DNA of 43,464 nt. It comes from Candidatus Kaiserbacteria bacterium. GTDB taxonomy: Bacteria > Patescibacteriota > Minisyncoccia > Phycocordibacterales > Phycocordibacteraceae. Below the pieces are notes generated by a model. It was not told the DNA's origin. It was given only the letters and a program-made list of their open reading frames with translations, and did no database searches. The position numbers and the translations under genes were made by a program. Below are positions 36,712 to 43,464 of this stretch, piece after piece. Where the stretch lies: assembly GCA_026396675.1 (NCBI GenBank), contig JAPLWI010000010.1, positions 1-43,464 on the forward strand, read 5' to 3'. Numbering within the stretch: position 1 is the stretch's first letter; each line of letters starts with the position of its first letter.

Positions 36712-37632
36712 TTATTGTACCATCCTCCATTCGGAGGATATTTGTATCCTTGGCGCATCTTTACTATTGAAAAATAACAGCCCGACCAGAACCAGAAGAA
36801 TAAACAGACCACCAGCGATAATTTCCACATATTGAATACGAACTTTTACGACAATAGCAATAATGAGCAATATACAGATGATTGCAGCAAGAATGGAAAG
36901 AATGTAAGTGATTGTGAGTGTTGGCGATGTGGCGATAACTTGCGTCTGCACGCCGAGCACTTTGGCTGCTGGTATCTCAGTGACTGTTTCAGCCGATTCA
37001 GCAACAGAAGACGACGCAGTTACGACAGCGACTTTCTGCGACTGTGATGAAACAGTTGTTGGAGAACCGAAAAACTGAACGACAAACGCTGTTTCCTTCC
37101 CTTGATACATTCCGCTCGCAACGCCGATGCCAACTTGTGTGTATTGCGGTTTTACGATATTCGCGTGATGAGCTGGAGACGTCATCCACGCACTTTCAAC
37201 ATTCAATGAATCAGTGAAGTTCACCGCAAGATTCTGACCTGCATATTGGTATTTATATCCAACTAAATTGAGCCAGTACCACGGATCCTTGCCGTCTGGA
37301 CTAATGTGCGAGAAATATCCTTTCGACGCCATATCGTTCGCGGCGGCCTGCGCTGCCTGTGTGAGTTGTGTATTTTCAATCACCGCAGAAAGATTGTTTG
37401 CTGCACGGTCTTCATTCGTGAGAGAAATAAGCGCCCCAGGGAGCACTGCTCCGAGAAAATTCGTGTGTGGAAACACGATTTTAATTTGAGTGAGATACGC
37501 ACCCTCAAGAACGATGACCGCGAGCACGATACTCGCTACTGATGCGAGACGGAAAATGTGTGGCTTGTAGCCATTCCGCTTGTGCGGAAGAAAATAGTGG
37601 TGAAGCCGGTTAAGGATTGAACGCTTGCGCAT
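36712..37632 (-). CDS. CAP/SCP domain membrane protein
   Basis: PHKRNGYKP, TN..R, DMA..GYFSH, AGQNLA, WM.SP.H..NI, VVQFF. Confidence 0.92.
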   Translation of the reverse strand: MRKRSILNRLHHYFLPHKRNGYKPHIFRLASVASIVLAVIVLEGAYLTQIKIVFPHTNFLGAVLPGALISLTNEDRAANNLSAVIENTQLTQAAQAAANDMASKGYFSHISPDGKDPWYWLNLVGYKYQYAGQNLAVNFTDSLNVESAWMTSPAHHANIVKPQYTQVGIGVASGMYQGKETAFVVQFFGSPTTVSSQSQKVAVVTASSSVAESAETVTEIPAAKVLGVQTQVIATSPTLTITYILSILAAIICILLIIAIVVKVRIQYVEIIAGGLFILLVLVGLLFFNSKDAPRIQISSEWRMVQ

Positions 37633-37657
37633 GCAAGCTTAATAGTACCAGATGTTA

Positions 37658-40600
37658 TTACTCTCCGAGCGCGGTGCGAACTTTGTCTATAATCGCTTGA
37701 TCAACACCGAAGGATTGGAGAACGGTGATAATAGAATTTACCTGCGAGGTCGTGAGGTTTGATTTTGAGGAGGTTTCCGGAGTCGTCGCAATGATTCCTT
37801 TGTTGAGTTCAGCGCGGGTCAAAGAGCCGACGGTGCCGGTCTGGACGATATGGTGCGCCTTTTGGAAGGCGATGACTGCGGCCCTGGTTTGTGCGCCGAA
37901 ATTGCCTGTGGCGCCTGCCGATATTGCGTACCCCGAATCAATAAGTAATTGTTGGAGTGCCGTCACATCGCTGTTTTTCGAGCCGACACTGAGATTCTTC
38001 GTGAAGTTGTATGTTGCCGCACCGAGTACTTGGCCCTGATTAAGAGTTGGTGAACCCGTGGTCGTTACCGTCCTAGGAATACAAGATGTCGTGGCAGTAT
38101 TCCAGACAAAACCGTCACCGCATCCGCCCCCGCCTCCGCCAGTAGAATTAGTCGTCTGTGTATAAGTCGCGAAAGTTGTGAAGTGTTTGGTCCAAATTAC
38201 GAGGTCCGAACCGTTTGCGGCATCGATTTTACACTCGCTGTCTGCGTCGAGAGCATCACCAGCTACTTGAGTGTCCGCGCTACAGGTGTTGGTGATTTCA
38301 GTAAATGCTGTACCAGTTCTAACATAACCAGCTCTCTTGCCGGCTTGCCCGACGAGCAAAATTCTCACCGCTTTACTGAACGATAATTTTTCTCCAGAAA
38401 AACCAACTTCAATCGCGGTGCTGAATGTTTTTGTTTGTCCTGAAGTTACCGGCAAGTCCACTGTTGTAACTGTCGGAGCAGCTATAACGCCGTTCCAGGT
38501 CGTACTAGCGGAAGTCACGATTGTTGAAGCAGGAATTTCTACATCGGTGTTGTTCGCATTCGCCGATGTGATAGTGATCGCCGGCAAGGTTCCTGTTCCT
38601 CCGGTAATGAATGCGCTCACATCAATCGTCGGATTGGTCGTGCCACTGCTGATGGTGACATCCACTGCTTGCGTTGGATTTGTGATAACGACTTCTGGGG
38701 TAGTTGAATCAATCGTCGCGTCGCCACTCGCGTCTGGTGCCTTTTGAGTTTCTTCTAGAACAGTCACTTTCACTGCATATGCCTGTGTCGTTGAGTTCGC
38801 GACTGTAACTGTGTAGGTACTTGTCGCGGTGAAATCCTTGGTCGATCCGGAAGTTGGGCTTATTGATGCTCCGGTAATCGAGATGGTCGGAACGAGTGTC
38901 GTCACATCCGTCCCGTGAGGAACATTCACTGCGATTGTGTGAGCCGTTTCGTTAATGACGCCACTCGCCGCAGGCGTTGCAAAACTGAAAGCGGTGATTG
39001 CTTTAATATTGCTTAAAGTCGTCTTTGCTTCATCAATATAATACGGCTTAAAGGTAACACCGCTGGTAATTTTTGCCGCTACTGTTGCTAATACCGAACT
39101 GCCCCACCAGTTGTTGGCGGCGTTTGCGGATCCTGCATAGACACTAAGATCGCTGTTACAAACTCCGTATTTTGGACTAGTACATGCTGTACCTGCGGAA
39201 TCGTTGCCAGTAATTTTATTATCCTGCAACACGAATGTCGCTCCAGTTGCACCTACTTCAACGCCAAAGTCGTTGCTGAGAACACGGTTATTGTTAAACT
39301 CAGCGGTCTGCACATTGGCGGACACGCCGCCTGAGTGATTATCGTGAATGTAATTATTGTTGATTTTTACACCAGTGGCACCGCCATCTATAACAATGCC
39401 AGCATAGCCATTCACATCGTAAATTTCGTTGCCATCAATATTGGCGTTTGTCGCGGCAGTGTTAATTTGAATGCCCCTCTCACTCACATCGTAAATCGTG
39501 TTTCCATGAATGCTGAGACTTGTACCGCCGGCCTGCGCCAAGACACCGTTATTACCAGTCCCAATGCCGTGTATCGTGTTAAGACCTACATCTGCTGTAC
39601 CGGAAAAATTGCCGAGATTAATTCCAGCATAAGTTGAACCGTCAATAGTGTTTCCGGTAATTGTAAGATCGTGAGGTCCAAAGAACTCCATCGGACGAAC
39701 AGTGTTAGTTAGTGTGTTGTCGGTAATTGTAAGGTTGCCATTGTTATAAGCCGTAATACCTCCAAATGTCTGATTGGAAATCGTGTTGTTCGCTATGGTG
39801 GTAAGCCCAGTAATGCCCGGAGGCCCATCAAATTGTATAGCGCGTTGTCCGCCGGCGATGGTGTTGTACTTTATTGTGTTGCTGCCCGTTCCTACATCGG
39901 ATTGCATGTAGATTGCATAAAGAAGTCCAGTACCGCTCGTCGCCATGGTGATAGTATTTCCATCTGCCGATGTATTTCCACCGATGGTATTGAGATTAGA
40001 ACCATTGCTAAGACCGATTCCGGTTACATCGGCGCCGTTGGTGGGGCCGTTAATCGTGTTGCCCGATACTGTGTTACTGTCCGCGTCGGACAATTGAATA
40101 GCTCGGTCAACATTGTGTGTCAATGTGTTATTGGCGATCGTCGTATTATTAGCAACATCTAGCTCAATTCCGATGAAGTTGTCATGGATTTGATTGGCGT
40201 CGCCCGAACCACTGCCGCCGATAATTACATTGTTGGAGTTAGAAATCAGAATTCCATAACCGGTTGGCGAAGTTCGTGTGTTGCCGGAAATATCGTTCCC
40301 TTTTATCGTTTCAATTCCGCCGCCGAATGCCAAGATTCCGTAGCCCGCGTTGGAACCTGTCAGTACATTGTCATGAATTGTCACATTTGGATCAGCCGCC
40401 GATCCATTGTCTCCGTCAGCATCTATTCCAAACGAGGTGTAGTTGCTGATGGCGTTATCATCAACAGTGAGTGTGGAATTGCCTTCCACCATAATCCCAG
40501 AGTTGTCCGTAGCCGAGCCAAAATTCTGTATGGTACTTGAGAATAAACCAGCAGTCGTACCGCCAGCATCGAGAACATCCCCAAAGAAAACGCCGTCAAA

Positions 40601-42232
40601 TCTAGTTGTGCCACTCGTTTTGTTTTTCCCGTTGGCGTCAATCGTAAAGCCCTGGATGCGAACATCAATCGTTGAACTAAGCGCGTAGGCCGCAACGACA
40701 TAGTCGTTGGTTTCAGCTCCTCTGTTCGTTGAGCGTGCCACACTGCCAGTTCTTATGGCCGGAGCAAGAATTGTTGTAGTTGTTTCGCCAGCGCCAATAA
40801 GATCCAAGGACTTGGTAATTGTTATCTGTTCTGTATATGTCCCAGCTGAAACATTAATGGTGTCGCCGGAATTCGCAGCATTAATAGCCGCTTGAATGGT
40901 ACCGTCGTCATTTGGTCTCAATGCATTAACATAGACGGTATCCGCACTCGGAGCTACTTGTCCACTGATGGTAATGTCTTTTGTGCCAAAGATTGTCGAA
41001 CCGTCATTCGCTAAAGCTTTCACCGTAACGGTCCCATTTGCAACCGCAGTCAGCAAACCGCTTCCATTGATGGTTCCGAAATCAGTTCCTGAAGTAATGG
41101 ACCATGTGACTGTTTTGTCGGTTGCCTCTGCTGGAAGAACCGTTGCACTCATCTGAAGTGTCCCGCCATTTGTAGAAATGGTGGTGGCGTCGCCTGCGCT
41201 CGTGACAGTAATTCCAGAAACTTTAGTTGGCAAATCGAATTGTGTGAAGTGAGAAGCAGAAAAAGATAGTTGCCCACTATTCGACCCGCCAGCTGAATAC
41301 GCGATGGAGTTCACAATTCCAGAGCCATCGATCACGGTGCCTCCGTCATTTTTTACAATTATGCTCGGTTGGCTCGTAAAGCCGAGTGCATCCAATCCAT
41401 ACATATAGATTTTTGCTCCTGTTGCATTCATATCTGCAGCAGTCGTAGAGTCAAACTTTATATGCCCAGCTGACATCTCCATCGCTGTACCGAGTGACTG
41501 CAAAACAGCGACTGTACTCGTGCTTGTCAGGTTTAATTCTTTTTCAAATACGATTTTTCCTCTTCCGGTCTTTTCGAAGTAAAGGGCTCCTGCACCTTCG
41601 GTGGCTGGTGTTGCTGAAGGATTAGCGAGTTCTCCCATATTTGTCTCTACTTCTGCATCATGCAAGTTAGAATCAATTGTACTTAACAATGGCGCTTTAT
41701 CTTGTTGCCCGGCATCATTGAACCAGCCCTTAGTCGGCGTTCCGATGGTCCAAGACGAAGGAACGGATCTGTAGGCGGATTCGCTAGTGGAACTAGGGGC
41801 GCCAGTTACATGTTCCCCACCGCCAAAACTTATCGAGCCATAACTCACGGCGTGAATCTGAACGCCGCTGGCATCATAAAGAGTCATCATGTCGCCTTCT
41901 TGATTGAAACCGCCTGTGGTCGGCACTATAACGACAAGACCGTACGCAGGAATAGTCACCGCGCCAATAGTTGTCGTAGCCGTTCCGCCTATATGAGCCA
42001 TTGTTGCGGTCTGTCCTCCAAAAGTTAAATCGGTGAGTTTCCATCCGGACAGAGAAATATCAGCACCGGTTGTGTTCTGAAGTTCAATCCAATCAGAACT
42101 TGAAATTCCATCGGAGCTAAACTCATTGATAATCACATCGCCAGGTGATGCGGCAAACACGCTCGGAGCAGCGGCACCGAACGCGAGAATTGAAATCAGA
42201 ACGGGCAGAGAAATACGCAGTGCATTTTTCAT
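37658..42232 (-). CDS. large secreted surface protein: lamin-tail domain, Ig-like (Big_2), parallel beta-helix, C-terminal peptidoglycan-binding domain
   Basis: Signal peptide, VIINE..DWIEL.N, VLP..AT.K.VTWS, TIQAAI, I..N.I repeats, DV.ALQ..L..G.FG..TRAAV.AFQ..G.VG..TR. Confidence 0.9.
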   Translation of the reverse strand: MKNALRISLPVLISILAFGAAAPSVFAASPGDVIINEFSSDGISSSDWIELQNTTGADISLSGWKLTDLTFGGQTATMAHIGGTATTTIGAVTIPAYGLVVIVPTTGGFNQEGDMMTLYDASGVQIHAVSYGSISFGGGEHVTGAPSSTSESAYRSVPSSWTIGTPTKGWFNDAGQQDKAPLLSTIDSNLHDAEVETNMGELANPSATPATEGAGALYFEKTGRGKIVFEKELNLTSTSTVAVLQSLGTAMEMSAGHIKFDSTTAADMNATGAKIYMYGLDALGFTSQPSIIVKNDGGTVIDGSGIVNSIAYSAGGSNSGQLSFSASHFTQFDLPTKVSGITVTSAGDATTISTNGGTLQMSATVLPAEATDKTVTWSITSGTDFGTINGSGLLTAVANGTVTVKALANDGSTIFGTKDITISGQVAPSADTVYVNALRPNDDGTIQAAINAANSGDTINVSAGTYTEQITITKSLDLIGAGETTTTILAPAIRTGSVARSTNRGAETNDYVVAAYALSSTIDVRIQGFTIDANGKNKTSGTTRFDGVFFGDVLDAGGTTAGLFSSTIQNFGSATDNSGIMVEGNSTLTVDDNAISNYTSFGIDADGDNGSAADPNVTIHDNVLTGSNAGYGILAFGGGIETIKGNDISGNTRTSPTGYGILISNSNNVIIGGSGSGDANQIHDNFIGIELDVANNTTIANNTLTHNVDRAIQLSDADSNTVSGNTINGPTNGADVTGIGLSNGSNLNTIGGNTSADGNTITMATSGTGLLYAIYMQSDVGTGSNTIKYNTIAGGQRAIQFDGPPGITGLTTIANNTISNQTFGGITAYNNGNLTITDNTLTNTVRPMEFFGPHDLTITGNTIDGSTYAGINLGNFSGTADVGLNTIHGIGTGNNGVLAQAGGTSLSIHGNTIYDVSERGIQINTAATNANIDGNEIYDVNGYAGIVIDGGATGVKINNNYIHDNHSGGVSANVQTAEFNNNRVLSNDFGVEVGATGATFVLQDNKITGNDSAGTACTSPKYGVCNSDLSVYAGSANAANNWWGSSVLATVAAKITSGVTFKPYYIDEAKTTLSNIKAITAFSFATPAASGVINETAHTIAVNVPHGTDVTTLVPTISITGASISPTSGSTKDFTATSTYTVTVANSTTQAYAVKVTVLEETQKAPDASGDATIDSTTPEVVITNPTQAVDVTISSGTTNPTIDVSAFITGGTGTLPAITITSANANNTDVEIPASTIVTSASTTWNGVIAAPTVTTVDLPVTSGQTKTFSTAIEVGFSGEKLSFSKAVRILLVGQAGKRAGYVRTGTAFTEITNTCSADTQVAGDALDADSECKIDAANGSDLVIWTKHFTTFATYTQTTNSTGGGGGGCGDGFVWNTATTSCIPRTVTTTGSPTLNQGQVLGAATYNFTKNLSVGSKNSDVTALQQLLIDSGYAISAGATGNFGAQTRAAVIAFQKAHHIVQTGTVGSLTRAELNKGIIATTPETSSKSNLTTSQVNSIITVLQSFGVDQAIIDKVRTALGE

Positions 42233-42363
42233 GTTTATAATTATTTTTATAAAAACCAAATAAACCTCCGGCGCCCCGCCGATGGATAGTAGAATTGTCT
42301 ACCTGTCTATCCCATTGTCAACTCTCTTGTGCGGTATAATAAATGTGAGGTAATTATCACCCT

Positions 42364-43113
42364 ATGCGCATCTTTTTTATCGCCTTTTCTGTCTTGTTTC
42401 TCTTCCCTATTGCCACGCATGCGGCAGATGCGTCAACGACAGATTCGACAAGCTCACTGCAGGCACCCGCCGCCGGCTTCGCCACTGCGCCGCTCTGGAT
42501 TTCAAAAGCGTCGCCTATTGATGGCGACGCGCTGAAACTATTCGCGGTGGTAAACAACGCTTCTTCGGCGACGGTGAGCGACACGGTGTCATTCCTCGTT
42601 GACGGAACAGCAGTCGGCTCGGCGAAAGTGTCTCTTGATGCCGGCGCGGCGCAGATTGTCTCTACCGCGTGGACTGCGGTGGCTGGTACGCATTCGTTGA
42701 CGGCTACTTTTTTTGGAACTGCCGCGGGGCCATTCTCGATAATGGTTGCTGAGGCGCCGCCGAAGCCAGTGGTGCTTCAATATCTCGACACCGCGATGAA
42801 CACAGGCAGTTCGGCACTTTCCGGAGCGCTCGCCGCCGTTGATAGCGCGCGGCAAAGTGGCGCGGATTATTTTGCAAAACAAATAGGCCTTGGTACAACA
42901 AGCCCCGCGCAACAAGGCCAAGTACTCGGAGCGGCAACCGAAAACCTCGCGAAAGCAGGCGCGGCTGCTGTAACCGCAGCAACATCTCACGGCTCTTTAT
43001 TTGATCGTCTGGCTTATTTCTTTTTCCAAAATCCAATCATTTTTTATCCAGCACTTATCATCCTCGTGTTCGTTGTATTGTGGATTCTATCTTGCGTCTT
43101 TTCTCGAAAATAA
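42364..43113 (+). CDS. secreted CARDB/Ig-like protein with C-terminal TM anchor
   Basis: Signal peptide (THA), V.F.VDG..W.AVAG.H, terminal hydrophobic helix plus RK. Confidence 0.82.
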   Translation: MRIFFIAFSVLFLFPIATHAADASTTDSTSSLQAPAAGFATAPLWISKASPIDGDALKLFAVVNNASSATVSDTVSFLVDGTAVGSAKVSLDAGAAQIVSTAWTAVAGTHSLTATFFGTAAGPFSIMVAEAPPKPVVLQYLDTAMNTGSSALSGALAAVDSARQSGADYFAKQIGLGTTSPAQQGQVLGAATENLAKAGAAAVTAATSHGSLFDRLAYFFFQNPIIFYPALIILVFVVLWILSCVFSRK

Positions 43114-43115
43114 TT

Positions 43116-43193
43116 CCGTAAGGTGTTTCCTTACGGCTCTGCGTAAGGTGACACCTTACGGATTTCCCCTCGCCGCGAGGTGTCACCTTACGG
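43116..43193. repeat. intergenic cluster of three family B REPs
   Basis: CCGTAAGGTGTTTCCTTACGG (43116-36), CGTAAGGTGACACCTTACG (43142-60), CCGCGAGGTGTCACCTTACGG (43173-93); alternating orientation. Confidence 0.88.
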
Positions 43194-43236
43194 GTTTACC
43201 TTCTGCTCCGGTTTAAATATTTTCTTCATATCTTGG

Positions 43237-43464
43237 CTAGGCACGATGCAGGCGATTCCAGATAATCGCCATGAAATAGCCGAGGATGGCACCGATAATC
43301 GATGTAACGACGATGAGCGTCACGGCCGCCGTAGCATCAAACGGCTTCACAACGAATGACAAGTTGAACATGTGCGCCCAAAAGATGAAGTCCATCAGTA
43401 TTTGTGCCCATCCGAACGCGACAAAAATGGACCAGACAAGATGTAAACCGCCGAGCAAAACTGC
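43237..43464 (-). CDS. small membrane protein, 5'-truncated by the window edge
   Basis: GGLHLVWS...Q..DFIFW.H pattern, hydrophobic. Confidence 0.75.
   Translation of the reverse strand, partial: AVLLGGLHLVWSIFVAFGWAQILMDFIFWAHMFNLSFVVKPFDATAAVTLIVVTSIIGAILGYFMAIIWNRLHRA

Noticed and set aside
43116-43193. Three spaced repeats resembling a mini CRISPR array
   Set aside because: Spacers are 5 and 12 nt, orientation alternates, and no cas genes are present; a REP cluster fits better.

Overview
Chromosomal segment of a small-genome bacterium. Gene content and style point to Patescibacteria/CPR, probably Parcubacteria (inference, not a database result). It holds 4 tRNAs, glyA-folD, ddl, tgt, a sortase with an IPYTG substrate, FKBP, a VirD4/TraD-like ATPase, dedA, ZIP, dsbA, rpmG, clpB, a cysteine desulfurase, csp, a GH130 plus phosphomannomutase cluster, a frameshifted PIF1 helicase and large surface proteins. 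The strongest signal is a REP-associated tyrosine transposase (RAYT, 33896-34579) flanked by inverted REP hairpins with a TT-CGT-AA apex. Relatives of that hairpin, and about six other palindrome families, lie inside nine protein-coding genes (about 17 copies, almost all in frame, three in tgt), so mobile palindromes appear to be adding peptides to housekeeping proteins. Other candidates are a beta-barrel-like protein in a presumed monoderm, an in-register inverted repeat that could swap the anchors of two divergent surface proteins, and Shine-Dalgarno-led orphan cassettes among mostly leaderless genes. Everything was read by eye; no searches were run.
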